A DNA stretch of 32,000 bases from Dickeya dadantii NCPPB 898 (GTDB lineage: Bacteria; Pseudomonadota; Gammaproteobacteria; Enterobacterales; Enterobacteriaceae): positions 2,350,833 through 2,382,832 of the forward strand of contig NZ_CM001976.1 of NCBI RefSeq assembly GCF_000406145.1, in the 5' to 3' direction. Within the stretch, counting starts at the first letter, position 1, and each line of letters begins with the position of its first letter. Both the position numbers and the translations under genes were made by a program. Positions 1 to 9,964 of this stretch are shown here, piece after piece. The notes beneath the pieces were generated by a model, which saw only the letters and a list, made by a program, of their open reading frames with translations, did no database searches and was not told the origin of the DNA.

Positions 1-696
1 TCCGTCTTTCATAACCGGCGCTGGGACAGCGACTTTCTGACGTTGAAGCAGTTGCTGAAAACCGGCGTGCTGGGCGATGTGGTGTACATGGAGTCTGCAT
101 TTGACCGCTATCGCCCGGAAGTGCGCCAGCGCTGGCGTGAAGAGGGCGGCGAAGGCAGCGGCATCTGGTACGATTTGGCTCCACATCTGATTGATCAGGT
201 GTTGCAGTTATTCGGCCTGCCGGTGGCGATTCAGGCCGATCTGGCGCAGCTGCGGCCGGGCAGCAAGTCCACGGATTATTTCCACGCCACTTTGATCTAT
301 CCCCAGCGTCGGGTGGTGGTACACAGCACCATGCTGGCGGCGGCGGAAGGCGCCCGTTATATCGTCCACGGCACCCAGGGCAGTTATGTGAAATTCGGTC
401 TTGACCCGCAGGAAGGACGGCTGAAAGAAGGCGAGAAGCCGCAAGCCCATAGCGACTGGGGGCAGGACAGCCGGGACGGTATCCTGACGCTGCATCGCGA
501 CGGCGTGCTGGCTGAGCAGACGGTGCCGACTATTCCCGGACATTATCAATCCTACTATGCCGAGATCCGTGATGCGTTGTTGGGGCGTGGCGACAACCCG
601 GTGCCGGTCGAGCAAGCCATCAAAGTGATGGAACTGATTGAGCTGGGGTTGACCTCTCATGAACAGAAAAAGGCGATGACCCTGAAAAACAACTGA
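1..696 (+). CDS. ydgJ: Gfo/Idh/MocA-family oxidoreductase, YdgJ-like (5' end outside window)
   Basis: The frame is open from base 1 (SVFHNRRWDSDFLTLKQLL...), ahead of the listed ORF 43..696, and ends at TGA 694-696. The C-terminal domain pattern fits Gfo/Idh/MocA oxidoreductases and is collinear with E. coli YdgJ as I recall it. A strong terminator follows. Confidence 0.8.
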   Translation, partial: SVFHNRRWDSDFLTLKQLLKTGVLGDVVYMESAFDRYRPEVRQRWREEGGEGSGIWYDLAPHLIDQVLQLFGLPVAIQADLAQLRPGSKSTDYFHATLIYPQRRVVVHSTMLAAAEGARYIVHGTQGSYVKFGLDPQEGRLKEGEKPQAHSDWGQDSRDGILTLHRDGVLAEQTVPTIPGHYQSYYAEIRDALLGRGDNPVPVEQAIKVMELIELGLTSHEQKKAMTLKNN

Positions 697-795
697 TCGG
701 GAGTCGTCATGATTTGTGACGGAAAACCCCGACCGCAGGGCGGGGTTCAGCCTTGCATTATGGGTGTTTATTGCCGATAGTGGGGCATTGTTTAA

Positions 796-826
796 ACAGG
801 CGATCTTAGGATCGCCTGTATTTTTT
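796..826 (+). terminator. Rho-independent terminator downstream of ydgJ
   Basis: Perfect 10-bp stem ACAGGCGATC / GATCGCCTGT (796-805, 810-819) with loop TTAG, followed by A and T6 (821-826). Confidence 0.85.
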
Positions 827-849
827 ATGTCTGAGGATGCAAACACGCT

Positions 850-1851
850 ATGGCATGGTTACAACGCTTAAAAATTGACAAATTTTTGCTGGTCTTGATT
901 GCGGTGGTGATCACCGCATCCATTTTCCCGTGCGAAGGCTGGGCCAAGGTTTTCTTTGAAAACCTGACCAATGCGGCAATCGCACTGCTGTTTTTCATGC
1001 ATGGCGCCAAGCTGTCTCGCGATGCCATCACCGCCGGGATGGGCCATTGGCGTTTACACCTGGTGGTGTTTGCCAGCACTTTCATTCTGTTCCCGCTGTT
1101 GGGGATCGGCATGGCATTTCTGTCGCCGCAGATATTAACGCCGGGGTTGTATCTCGGTTTTCTGTATCTGTGCGCGCTGCCGGCCACCGTACAATCGGCG
1201 ATTGCGTTTACGTCCATGGCGCGCGGCAACGTTGCGGCGGCTATCTGTAGCGCATCGGCCTCCAGCATTTTGGGGGTATTCCTGTCGCCGGTACTGGTCG
1301 GATTGCTAATGCATACCCAGGGAGGGCAAACTGATACGCTGCATGCAATCGGTTCGATTATCATGCAGTTGATGGTGCCGTTTGTTATCGGTCACCTGTC
1401 TCGTCCGCTGATTGGTGGTTGGGTTGATCGCCATCGTAAACTGATCAATATCACTGACCGGTCATCGATTCTTTTAGTGGTGTATGTGGCGTTCAGCGAG
1501 GCGGTGGTACAGGGGATCTGGCACCAGATTAATGGCTGGTCGCTGTTGGCGGTGGTGGTGTGTTCGTTGGTGCTGCTGGGAATTGTGCTGGTTTGCACTA
1601 CGCTGGCGGCGCGTAAACTGGGATTCAGTACCCCGGATGAAATCACCATCGTGTTCTGTGGATCGAAAAAGAGTCTGGCGAACGGTATACCAATGGCTAA
1701 TGTGCTGTTTCCTGCGGCGGCCGTCGGTGCAATGGTGCTACCTCTGATGATTTTCCACCAGATTCAGTTGATGGTATGCGCGACGCTGGCACAGCGGTAT
1801 GCGAAGCGCACCGCACCGTCGGGTGATTCAGCAGCGGCGACCGAAAAGTAA
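850..1851 (+). CDS. yfeH: BASS-family (bile acid:Na+ symporter-like) membrane transporter, YfeH-like
   Basis: 333-aa polytopic ORF. Long near-identical blocks to E. coli YfeH as recalled: AAIALLFFMHGAKLSR, LPATVQSAIAFTSMA.GNVAAA.CSASASS, ITIVFCGSKKSLANGIPMAN, LPLMIFHQIQLMVCA. Confidence 0.85.
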   Translation: MAWLQRLKIDKFLLVLIAVVITASIFPCEGWAKVFFENLTNAAIALLFFMHGAKLSRDAITAGMGHWRLHLVVFASTFILFPLLGIGMAFLSPQILTPGLYLGFLYLCALPATVQSAIAFTSMARGNVAAAICSASASSILGVFLSPVLVGLLMHTQGGQTDTLHAIGSIIMQLMVPFVIGHLSRPLIGGWVDRHRKLINITDRSSILLVVYVAFSEAVVQGIWHQINGWSLLAVVVCSLVLLGIVLVCTTLAARKLGFSTPDEITIVFCGSKKSLANGIPMANVLFPAAAVGAMVLPLMIFHQIQLMVCATLAQRYAKRTAPSGDSAAATEK

Positions 1852-2027
1852 TTGATAAGCCAAGTAATTAAGTGGTCATTCCATTGAAAGTGACTATTGA
1901 ATGGATAGTTACTTTATGGGATAGTCAACAAAGTAAATCTTTATTATATTGGACGAATGTGAGGCGGGTTTGTGCGGCTCACAGATACAAGGATATTTCA
2001 ATTAATCGTTATTTATGAGGGACATAC

Positions 2028-2489
2028 ATGTATAAAAAAGTTTTGCTTTCACTGAGTTTGCTCAGTGCTGTCGCCACTTCCCAGGCTTATGCAGCCAACA
2101 CCGAAACCTGTGTCAAGACTGACGAGAAAGCTATCGCCAGTCTGTTTGATCGCTGGAATGCATCGCTGCAGACCGGTGATGCCAAGAAAGTTAACGCCAA
2201 TTATGCCGCCGATGCAGTATTACTGCCGACGCTGTCTGGAAAAATGCGGACAACAGATGCTGAACGTATTGATTACTTTGAGCATTTCTTACCGAAAAAG
2301 CCTGTTGGTAAAATTGATAACCGCGTTATCAAAATCGGTTGTAACGAAGCATTGGATATCGGTAACTACACCTTTACCTTTGGCGATGATAATTCACAGG
2401 CTAAAGCGCGTTACACCTATACCTATGCCTTCAGCGATGGCAAATGGTTGATTACCAGCCATCACTCGTCTGTACGGCCGCAGGACTGA
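2028..2489 (+). CDS. Secreted NTF2-like protein (SgcJ/EcaC, DUF4440, CaMKII-association-domain-like)
   Basis: 153-aa ORF with an N-terminal signal peptide (MYKKVLLSLSLLSAVATSQAYA/AN). GAGGGA Shine-Dalgarno upstream. The C-terminal ARYTYTY...DGKWLITSHHSS..P signature is typical of this fold family. Confidence 0.7.
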   Translation: MYKKVLLSLSLLSAVATSQAYAANTETCVKTDEKAIASLFDRWNASLQTGDAKKVNANYAADAVLLPTLSGKMRTTDAERIDYFEHFLPKKPVGKIDNRVIKIGCNEALDIGNYTFTFGDDNSQAKARYTYTYAFSDGKWLITSHHSSVRPQD

Positions 2490-2526
2490 TTATACCGGGA
2501 TAGCGTACGATAACGCTGTCTGTGTG

Positions 2527-2559
2527 AAAAAAAGCGGATACCAGTGGTATCCGCTTTTT
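2527..2559. terminator. Bidirectional rho-independent terminator between the NTF2-like gene and add
   Basis: A7 (2527-2533), stem GCGGATAC / GTATCCGC, then T5 (2555-2559). Symmetric A and T tracts suit the two convergent genes. Confidence 0.8.
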
Positions 2560-2581
2560 GCGTAATGGCGTCAGGCCGGCG

Positions 2582-3607
2582 TTATCCGGCTGGTATGGCT
2601 TGCTGTTGCTGTACCCGCTGGCGCAACAACTGTTTCTCCTGTTCGGAGATAAATGCAATACGCAGCCCGTTTTCCTGAGCCTGACGGATATCCTCCGGCA
2701 ACAGACCGGCCTGTGGGGCGGCGACCTCATACTCATGACGAATTTCGATGCCCTGAACCGCCGGATCGTCGGTATTGATGGTGGCTGGAATACCGTGGCG
2801 CAAAAAATGCACCAGCGGATGTTCGTTCATCGCTTTTACCGTGCTGGTTTGCAGGTTGGAAGTCAGGCAGGACTCGATGCCAATCTGGTGTTCGGCCATG
2901 TATTCCATTAACGAGCGATCGACAATGGCGGTCACGCCGTGGCCGATGCGTTCGGCCCCCAGTTGCTTAATCGCCTGCCAGATGCTTTCCGGACCAGCGG
3001 CCTCGCCGGCATGGGTGGTGAGGTGCCAGCCTGCATCTCGGGCGCGGGTAAAGTGGGTGGTGAACAATTCGCCGGGGAAGCCAAGCTCATCACCCGCCAG
3101 ATCGATGGCGACGATATGGTCTTTGTGGGCCAGCAGTGCGTTCAGTTCCTGTTCACAAGCCTGAGTACCAAAGGTGCGGCTCATGATGCCGATCAGGCGT
3201 ATCATGACGTCGTGGTTATGGTCGCGGCAGCCCGCTGCGATGCCGTCGATCACCGCTTCTACTACGCCTTCCAGCGGTAGTTGATGACTACGGGCCATGT
3301 AGTAGGGGGAAAAGCGCAGTTCAGCATAATCCAGTCCGGCACGTATGGCGTCTTCAACGTTTTCGTAAGCCACCCGGCGACAGGCATCCAGCGATCCCAG
3401 AACGGCCACTCCCCAGTCCAGTTTTTGCAGAAAACGTAGTAGGTCAGGTTCATTGTCGACGATCTGGACATGAGGGCGCAGTGAAGCCAGGTCGTGACCC
3501 GGCAGGTCGATAGTAAACTGGCGGCCCAATTCAAGGATGGTCTGAGGACGAATATTACCATCAAGATGGCGATGGATATCCGTCAGCGGAATGTGCGGAT
3601 TAATCAT
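2582..3607 (-). CDS. add: Adenosine deaminase
   Basis: 341-aa ORF. The N-terminus [23 protein letters not shown] carries the metal-binding HxH motif. Other motifs: SRTFG, TxHAGE and [12 protein letters not shown] Shine-Dalgarno upstream of ATG 3607. Confidence 0.95.
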   Translation of the reverse strand: MINPHIPLTDIHRHLDGNIRPQTILELGRQFTIDLPGHDLASLRPHVQIVDNEPDLLRFLQKLDWGVAVLGSLDACRRVAYENVEDAIRAGLDYAELRFSPYYMARSHQLPLEGVVEAVIDGIAAGCRDHNHDVMIRLIGIMSRTFGTQACEQELNALLAHKDHIVAIDLAGDELGFPGELFTTHFTRARDAGWHLTTHAGEAAGPESIWQAIKQLGAERIGHGVTAIVDRSLMEYMAEHQIGIESCLTSNLQTSTVKAMNEHPLVHFLRHGIPATINTDDPAVQGIEIRHEYEVAAPQAGLLPEDIRQAQENGLRIAFISEQEKQLLRQRVQQQQAIPAG

Positions 3608-3869
3608 GTTTTACTCTTTTATTATTAAGAAAATCCATCAGCAGGCGGTATTCCTCATGATGCTGGCATGGCACCGCCGCACCGCGAGGGTCAGGGGCTG
3701 ATAACTTGTTGTGCAGTATAAGAATAAAGTTACGTATATTTCTATTGATAAAAAGAAATTTTCGTATCAAGGGCGAGATTACGCAGGTTACGCTCAGACG
3801 TGCAAATACCGCCAGCTCGGATATTTCGGATATATTGACGGGCTGGCGTCATCCTATGCGAGCAGTTAA

Positions 3870-4811
3870 TTATCTGGAAGATCGGTTAAATGGTGCATTG
3901 GCAAGAATGACACCCAACGTAATGACGACGACGCCAAAGACATTAGGCAAAGAAAAACGCTCTCCAAGCAACGGAACAGCGAGTAAATAGGCTAGCGCTG
4001 GACATAACGACCCTATCAGCGCACTGCGGTTTGGCCCGAGTTTCTGCACGGCAACCGTATAACTCAAGCTGGAAATAATCCCCGTACCCAATCCTTGTAT
4101 CAGCAGGAAAGGCAGCATCTCGTGCAAAGTGACGCGACTGAGATGCGATTCGACAACGCCTGTCGTCATTAAACCAAGCAACAGCAAGGCGGATGGGAGA
4201 CTGAGCAACAAGACGCATCCTATCGTATCGAGTCCACTTCGACGAATCGCCAGCGTATAGCCACCCCACAAAAGACTGGCCAAAAGCAGCATGGCGCTGC
4301 CGCTAATCATGGTTGCACTGAATCCCGGCAAGACCATGGAGACGACACCTACCAAAATAAGCAGAATGGCACGCAATTGTGTCGTGCCGACGCGATGTCG
4401 AAACAGGACAAAAGCTAACAAGGCGACTGAAAGGGGTGACGTGCCGGCGATCAAAGCGGCGACATGCGCGGCTGTCGTTAAGTGGCCGCCTAGCGATGCG
4501 ATAAAGAAATAGGGGACGCCGCCGCCGACAAGTACGGCGATGATTTCACGTGGGCGAAGGTTTGATAGTTGATACAGGCGCGCGGGGAGCCAGGGTAACA
4601 ACAGCAGGGCAGGTATGCCAAACCGGAACAGCGCAACGTCGGCAATGGACAGTGGCGAAGCACTAATGGCCCTGATGGAAACTGCGAATAGCGACCACGC
4701 TATCACGGCGATGGCCATCGCCACATAACCAAAAATCATTCCGGCAGGTTGGGCTTGCTCCGACCGGTAAGACTGAGCCGTCTGCGTGTTTTTTACGTTT
4801 TCAACTTGCAT
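3870..4811 (-). CDS. EamA/DMT-family transporter (putative metabolite or amino-acid exporter)
   Basis: 313-aa ORF with about 10 hydrophobic helices and two EamA-like repeats. GGGGGA Shine-Dalgarno before ATG 4811. Divergent from an Lrp/AsnC regulator, the usual exporter-regulator arrangement. Confidence 0.8.
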   Translation of the reverse strand: MQVENVKNTQTAQSYRSEQAQPAGMIFGYVAMAIAVIAWSLFAVSIRAISASPLSIADVALFRFGIPALLLLPWLPARLYQLSNLRPREIIAVLVGGGVPYFFIASLGGHLTTAAHVAALIAGTSPLSVALLAFVLFRHRVGTTQLRAILLILVGVVSMVLPGFSATMISGSAMLLLASLLWGGYTLAIRRSGLDTIGCVLLLSLPSALLLLGLMTTGVVESHLSRVTLHEMLPFLLIQGLGTGIISSLSYTVAVQKLGPNRSALIGSLCPALAYLLAVPLLGERFSLPNVFGVVVITLGVILANAPFNRSSR

Positions 4812-4924
4812 TTGGTTCCCCCACGGTAATAGTCTTTATTTTGATCATATTACATATTTTTCAGTGGTGACTTACTGCTATATCTTCTATTTATTAATAC
4901 TATATTGGTGGATTCATCTAATTT

Positions 4925-5389
4925 ATGAACAAACTCGATGCAACGGATCGACAAATCGTTATGCTCTTGCAGCAAGACGGACGGCTGACGATCCAAAACT
5001 TATCGGAGAAAATTAATCTGTCTCCGACACCATGCCTGCGGCGAGTACGGCAGTTGGAAAAGGCAGGAATTCTTACTGGCTACACCGCTATCGTTAATGA
5101 AGAGGCCTACGGCTTGCCGATTACCGCTCTGGTGCGAATTCGCCTTGAGCGTCATTCTGAAGCATCGGTACAGGCATTTGAGCAATCGGTAGGTGTAATT
5201 GACGACATTATGGACTGCTATGTCATGGCGGGTGATGCAGACTATTTGTTGCGCGTGTTGGTCAGTAGCCTCCGCGATTACGAACGCTTCGTGCGGGATA
5301 AACTACAGAAAATTGGCGGTATTGCTTCAATCGAGACTAGTTTTGCGTATGGGATGGTTAAACGGTCAAAGGTATTTCCTCGTCTGTGA
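4925..5389 (+). CDS. Lrp/AsnC-family transcriptional regulator
   Basis: 154 aa. N-terminal LDATDRQIVMLLQQDGRLTIQNLSEKINLSPTPCLRRVRQLEKAGIL is a classic Lrp/AsnC HTH. The C-terminal part has the RAM/AsnC_trans_reg pattern. Confidence 0.88.
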   Translation: MNKLDATDRQIVMLLQQDGRLTIQNLSEKINLSPTPCLRRVRQLEKAGILTGYTAIVNEEAYGLPITALVRIRLERHSEASVQAFEQSVGVIDDIMDCYVMAGDADYLLRVLVSSLRDYERFVRDKLQKIGGIASIETSFAYGMVKRSKVFPRL

Positions 5390-5558
5390 TGTTGGCGCTG
5401 TCGCAAGGTAAGTCGTAATTGTCGCGTTTTGTCCATTACGGCTTGACGTAACGCGGGTCACCTCCCGCAGAACACGCCTTTGGGTGGCTGAGCGGCGGGA
5501 AACCAGCCGCATCAGCAAGGGGAGACGAGTTGGGCCTGTGTGGGTAAGCCCGACGAAA

Positions 5559-5579
5559 CCGGCGCCTTGTCGGCGCCGG
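5559..5579 (-). terminator. GC-rich hairpin, candidate terminator of ydgA
   Basis: CCGGCGCC (5559-5566) pairs with GGCGCCGG (5572-5579). It starts 8 nt downstream of the ydgA stop on the minus strand and is followed there by TTTCGTCG. The U-tract is weak. Confidence 0.45.
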
Positions 5580-5586
5580 CGGGCGG

Positions 5587-7143
5587 TTATGGGCTGACTG
5601 ATGCGTCCGACTGCTGTTCTTCCGGCGCGGAATCATCGCCTTCTTCAGGCACGTTCTCCGACGGCAACGTGATGAACGGCGCGATAAACTCTCCCAGCGG
5701 AATCTTGCGACCGTTGAAGGTCACGGTACCGTCGCTGTACTGCAGCGAACTGGTGATGGCGTTGTCCTTGGTCACGGTGACCTGACTCATCTGGCCGATG
5801 TTCGCCATCAGTTGCGTCTGCTGACGCGCCATCTGTTCCAGCTGTTTTTTCTCGTCGTCGGAAGAGGCTTTCGGCGCGGTTTGCACCATCAGTTCGGTGA
5901 TCATGTCCAGCGGCACGTTGAGGCGGGCATCCAGATTTTTCACCGACTGACGAATAATCGCTTCCTCATCGGACAGATTGCCGGTCGGCGCCGCGTTTTT
6001 CTGCAGCGGATCGGTCAGGTCCAGCGCCAGCGTGAAGGTACTTTCGCCTTTGGCGTTCTTCCAACTGAACGGTGCAATCTTGACGCTTGGATTGCCTTTC
6101 AGCAGTTGCGGCAGGTTGTGCAGAACCAGCGCGGCCAGTTGCTGGTCGTAGACCTCCGGCGTGATCTGGTCGATATTCTGCAACAGCGACTGCAGGTTTT
6201 TCTGGTATTCGGTCATGAACTGGCGCGTGCCTTTGCCATCCAGCCCGGCGAAGTTGACGTTCATGTTCAGCGATCCCAGATTTTGATCGCGGAACAGCGC
6301 CGAGCCCAGGGTCAGCGTCATCTGTCCGGCCAGGTTGGCGTCATCTTCCGTGGTGTGATTGACCAGCGCGAAATCGTTCAGCGCCAGGCTATCGCCGCCC
6401 TGAACGTCCAGCGCCAGTTTTTTCAGCGTGAGCTTGACGTCGCCGACTTCGAGGTCGAATTTGCCTTTGCGGGTATCGCTGTTAAGCGCCAGATCCTGCA
6501 GCGTCAGCTTTTCGTTCTGCCCGTGCAGGTTGGGTTTTTCCATCGCCAGATTGGCGACATTGCCGATCACTTTACCCGCCCGCAGATCGCCGGCCAGATC
6601 TACCAGCAGCGTGGTGCCGCTGAAACTGGCCTTCATGTCAGGACTCTGCACGTCCAGCGCTTCCAGCGTGACGGCGGAGTGCGTATCGCCGCTGTAATCG
6701 ATACGGCTATCGGCGGTGATGAACGGTTTGTTTTTGGTCAGCTCAAACAGCGCTTTCACCGAGTCGGTGTTGGCCAGTTCGCCGTGCACGGCCGCCATCG
6801 CCGGCTTCAGGCTAAACTGGCTGGCGGTGAGCGGGAAAGGGCCGTGGAAGACGGTCGCGTTAAACACCACTTCTTCGTTTGCGGCCAACAGGTGCTGACG
6901 GGCGTCGGAACCGTCAGACTGTACGACCAGCGCTACCTGGCTTTTGAAGATGCCGCGCTGATAGTCGCGGAACGTCACCTTGATGCCCGCCTGCGGGTAG
7001 GCGTTTTTCAGCCCGTTGTTCAGGTTGTCGGTGACTTCGCCAATGTGTTGCTCAATCTGCTTACCGGTAAACCAGGAGGCGCCCCCCCAGGCCGCTGCAA
7101 GTGCAATAACGATTCCTGCCGCTACCACTGTTTTTTTGGCCAC
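5587..7143 (-). CDS. ydgA: YdgA-family protein (DUF945), N-terminally membrane-anchored
   Basis: 518-aa ORF with GTG start at 7143 and AAGGAAAT Shine-Dalgarno. N-terminal anchor KKTVVAAGIVIALAAAWGGASWFTGKQ. It lies next to manA, as ydgA does in E. coli. Confidence 0.8.
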   Translation of the reverse strand: MAKKTVVAAGIVIALAAAWGGASWFTGKQIEQHIGEVTDNLNNGLKNAYPQAGIKVTFRDYQRGIFKSQVALVVQSDGSDARQHLLAANEEVVFNATVFHGPFPLTASQFSLKPAMAAVHGELANTDSVKALFELTKNKPFITADSRIDYSGDTHSAVTLEALDVQSPDMKASFSGTTLLVDLAGDLRAGKVIGNVANLAMEKPNLHGQNEKLTLQDLALNSDTRKGKFDLEVGDVKLTLKKLALDVQGGDSLALNDFALVNHTTEDDANLAGQMTLTLGSALFRDQNLGSLNMNVNFAGLDGKGTRQFMTEYQKNLQSLLQNIDQITPEVYDQQLAALVLHNLPQLLKGNPSVKIAPFSWKNAKGESTFTLALDLTDPLQKNAAPTGNLSDEEAIIRQSVKNLDARLNVPLDMITELMVQTAPKASSDDEKKQLEQMARQQTQLMANIGQMSQVTVTKDNAITSSLQYSDGTVTFNGRKIPLGEFIAPFITLPSENVPEEGDDSAPEEQQSDASVSP

Positions 7144-7201
7144 GCTATATATTTCCTTGTTGATTCACGGTTTCGTATCCCTCATCGGGGAGTACAGGGC
7201 T

Positions 7202-8386
7202 TTATGCCATTAAAGGCCGGTTATAGACGCGGGCAATCTGACCCTGCCCCTGAACCTGAACCGGCGATTCGCTGGCGGGGATAAAGCAGGATTCGCCTGG
7301 CAGCAGTGTGACCTGCTGAGCCCCTTTTTCCAGCACCGCCTGGCCTTCGACGCAAAAGATAATCGCCGCACTCTGCTGGCTGAGCGTCTGCGGCGCATCG
7401 GTAAGATAATGCAGTGAAAAGGCAAAGTCATCGACCGGAATAGGGAAACTCAGCTCGTTGGCCGTTTTTATCGGCGAGGTGAGCAGAGAAGCGGCAGGTT
7501 TCGATTCGAAACGGACGTTGGCGATCAGCTCGGGGATATCGATGTACTTGGGCGTCAGGCCGGCGCGCAGGACGTTGTCTGAATTGGCCATCACTTCCAG
7601 CGCCACGCCCTGAAGGTAGGCGTGCGGGGTTTCGGCGTACAGGAACATGGCTTCGCCGGGTTTCAGCGTGACGACGTTCAGCAGCAGCGGAGAGAACAGG
7701 CCGCCGTCATCGGGATAAAACTGCGCAATAAATCGGATGGTGTCCCAGGGTTCGCCGTGTTGACCGTCCAGCACGCGTTGCAGTTCTGCGATGGCCTGCG
7801 CTTTCTGTTCGCCGTTCATGCTCAGCAGGCTGGAGAACAGCGTCGTCAGCGTCTGGCTGTCCGGGCGCTGCAAAAACGCGGCGATCGCCGGATGGGCATC
7901 GGCCAGCGGTTGCAACAGGCTGGCGATCTCGGCCAGCTCGCGAAAGCCGTTCATCGCCAGATAAGGCGTGAGAGCGAAGACCAGTTCCGGTTTGTGGTTG
8001 GCATCCTTGTAATTGCGTTGGGGCGAGTCCAGCGCGATACCGGCGGCATTTTCCCGAGCGAATCCCGCCTCGGCGGCGGATTTACTGGGGTGAACCTGAA
8101 TCGACAACGGTTGTTCGGCGCACAAAACCTTGAACAGGAACGGCAACTCGCCAAAGCGCTGGGCCACCGCGTTACCCAGAAAACCGGGTTGATCGCTATT
8201 GATCAACTCACGCAGATTGTGCGCTTGCCCTTGCTCGTCAAGCAGCAGGGAACTGCTTTTCGGATGTGCGCCCATCCACAGTTCGGCCATTGGAAGGTTG
8301 TCTGGGTTTTCAATCCCATACAGTTCAGTTAACGCATGTTTACTGCCCCAGGCGTAATTCTGCACACTGTTGCGCATTTTTTGCAT
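7202..8386 (-). CDS. manA: Mannose-6-phosphate isomerase, class I
   Basis: 394 aa. MQKMRNSVQNYAWGSK..., SIQVHP and AMFLYAETPHAYLQG motifs (cupin Zn ligands). AGGAAA Shine-Dalgarno. Confidence 0.95.
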   Translation of the reverse strand: MQKMRNSVQNYAWGSKHALTELYGIENPDNLPMAELWMGAHPKSSSLLLDEQGQAHNLRELINSDQPGFLGNAVAQRFGELPFLFKVLCAEQPLSIQVHPSKSAAEAGFARENAAGIALDSPQRNYKDANHKPELVFALTPYLAMNGFRELAEIASLLQPLADAHPAIAAFLQRPDSQTLTTLFSSLLSMNGEQKAQAIAELQRVLDGQHGEPWDTIRFIAQFYPDDGGLFSPLLLNVVTLKPGEAMFLYAETPHAYLQGVALEVMANSDNVLRAGLTPKYIDIPELIANVRFESKPAASLLTSPIKTANELSFPIPVDDFAFSLHYLTDAPQTLSQQSAAIIFCVEGQAVLEKGAQQVTLLPGESCFIPASESPVQVQGQGQIARVYNRPLMA

Positions 8387-8563
8387 AATATTTTCCTGTC
8401 ATTAAACAGATTGTTAATTTCCATAACGGCGACGGTGGAGACTTCGGCGAGGAATGGCTGCACCATCTTAATGCACGCCATGTTAATGCTTTATATGCCA
8501 TGATTCCAGAAGGGTAAAAATTCGCACTCATCTGAAAGTGACTTGTTTTACAAAGGAGAAACC

Positions 8564-9961
8564 ATGTCAGACACTCGAATCGAAAAAGACTCCATGGGGC
8601 CGATTGCCGTGCCGGCAGCGCACCTTTGGGGGGCTCAGACCCAGCGTTCGCTGGAGCATTTCCGTATTTCGGAAGAGAAAATGCCGAGAGCGCTGATCGT
8701 GGCGCTGGCGCAAACCAAGCGGGCGGCCGCCCGCGTGAATATGGATTTGGGGCTGTTGCCTGCGGATAAAGGCGACGCCATTCTCCAGGCGGCGGATGAA
8801 GTGCTGAACGGGCTGCATGCCGGCGAATTTCCGCTGGCTATCTGGCAGACCGGTTCCGGTACTCAGACCAATATGAATATGAACGAAGTGCTGGCGAATC
8901 GGGCCAGCGAAGTGCTGGGCGGCGTTCGGGGCAATGAGCGGCTGGTGCACCCGAACGACGACGTCAATAAGAGCCAGAGTTCTAACGATGTTTTTCCTAC
9001 GGCGATGCATGTGGCGGCGGTTACCGTGGTACGGGAACACCTGCTCCCTGAACTGAAGGTGTTGCAGCAAACGCTGGCGGATAAAGCCGTGCAATTCGCC
9101 GATATCGTCAAAATAGGCCGCACCCATTTGCAGGATGCGACGCCGCTGACGCTGGGGCAGGAGATTTCCGGCTGGGTGGCGATGCTGACGCACAACCTGC
9201 GTCATATCGAAAACAGTATCCCGCACCTGTGCGAACTGGCGTTGGGCGGCACCGCGGTCGGCACCGGATTGAACACGCACCCGGAATACGCGGTGCGGGT
9301 GGCGGCGGAACTGGCCTCGCTGACCGGTCACCCGTTTGTCACCGCGCCGAACAAGTTTGAAGCGTTAGCGACCTGCGATGCGCTGGTTCACGGGCACGGC
9401 GCCTTGAAAGGGCTGGCGGCGTCGCTGATGAAGATCGCCAACGACGTCCGCTGGCTGGCGTCCGGGCCGCGTTGTGGTATTGGTGAAATCGCCATTCCGG
9501 AAAACGAACCGGGCAGTTCCATCATGCCGGGCAAGGTCAATCCGACACAGTGTGAAGCCATGACCATGCTGTGTTGCCAGGTGATGGGGAACGATGTGGC
9601 GGTAAACCTGGGCGGCGCGTCCGGTAATTTTGAATTGAACGTGTTCCGACCGATGGTGATCCACAACTTCCTGCAGTCGGTACGGTTGCTGGCCGACGGT
9701 ATGAAGAGTTTCAACGAGCATTGCGCCGTCGGGATTGAACCGAATCGCGAACGTATCAATCAGTTACTGAACGAGTCGCTGATGTTGGTGACGGCGCTCA
9801 ATCCGCACATCGGTTATGACAAAGCGGCGGAGATCGCCAAAAAAGCGCATAAAGAAGGGCTGACGCTGAAAGCGTCGGCGTTAAAGTTGGGCTACCTGAC
9901 CGAAGAACAGTTCATCCAGTGGGTACGCCCGGAAGACATGGTTGGCAGTATGAAGTCGTGA
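8564..9961 (+). CDS. fumC: Fumarate hydratase, class II
   Basis: Start moved to ATG 8564 ([12 protein letters not shown]...), preceded by AAGGAG at 8553-8558; the listed 8543 start is TTG. Contains the [16 protein letters not shown] signature of the fumarase/aspartase family. Confidence 0.95.
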   Translation: MSDTRIEKDSMGPIAVPAAHLWGAQTQRSLEHFRISEEKMPRALIVALAQTKRAAARVNMDLGLLPADKGDAILQAADEVLNGLHAGEFPLAIWQTGSGTQTNMNMNEVLANRASEVLGGVRGNERLVHPNDDVNKSQSSNDVFPTAMHVAAVTVVREHLLPELKVLQQTLADKAVQFADIVKIGRTHLQDATPLTLGQEISGWVAMLTHNLRHIENSIPHLCELALGGTAVGTGLNTHPEYAVRVAAELASLTGHPFVTAPNKFEALATCDALVHGHGALKGLAASLMKIANDVRWLASGPRCGIGEIAIPENEPGSSIMPGKVNPTQCEAMTMLCCQVMGNDVAVNLGGASGNFELNVFRPMVIHNFLQSVRLLADGMKSFNEHCAVGIEPNRERINQLLNESLMLVTALNPHIGYDKAAEIAKKAHKEGLTLKASALKLGYLTEEQFIQWVRPEDMVGSMKS

Positions 9962-9964
9962 CGT

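Noticed and set aside
727-751. Hairpin AACCCCG-N9-CGGGGTT just after the ydgJ stop, considered as a terminator or REP-like element.
   Set aside because: No T-tract follows it, and the canonical terminator at 796-826 already accounts for termination. I do not recognise it as a REP/BIME repeat, and it occurs only once in the window.
858-865. GTTACAAC (the Ter core octamer) at the start of yfeH, and GGTTGTAAC at 2338-2346 inside the NTF2-like gene, considered as possible extra Ter sites.
   Set aside because: Only the 8-bp core matches. The flanking positions that Tus contacts, including the G-C6 pair and the TATG/TAAA flanks, are mismatched. Both sites are inside coding sequence.
3706-3990. A 94-aa plus-strand ORF spanning the add-EamA intergenic region and the 3' end of the EamA gene.
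   Set aside because: It has no Shine-Dalgarno sequence, an odd composition, and overlaps the well-supported EamA gene on the opposite strand. It is likely spurious.
5812-7284. A 490-aa ORF on the plus strand. Similar long antisense ORFs occur at 208..846, 7622..8332, 8567..9331, 10559..11002, 16756..17307 and 17730..18323.
   Set aside because: Each lies antisense to, or largely inside, a gene with clear homology (ydgA, ydgJ, manA, fumC, tus, ydfG, the methyltransferase). Their products are Arg/Gly/Gln/Val-rich and low in complexity. This is the usual stop-codon-poor antisense frame of high-GC coding DNA.
9844-9854. CGCATAA (inner XerC-arm heptamer) inside fumC (AAAGCGCATAA), and again at about 30405-30415 inside the second pqiA half, considered as extra dif-like sites.
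   Set aside because: No recognisable central region or XerD arm follows either hit. Both are within conserved coding sequence. This frequency of 7-mer hits is expected by chance.
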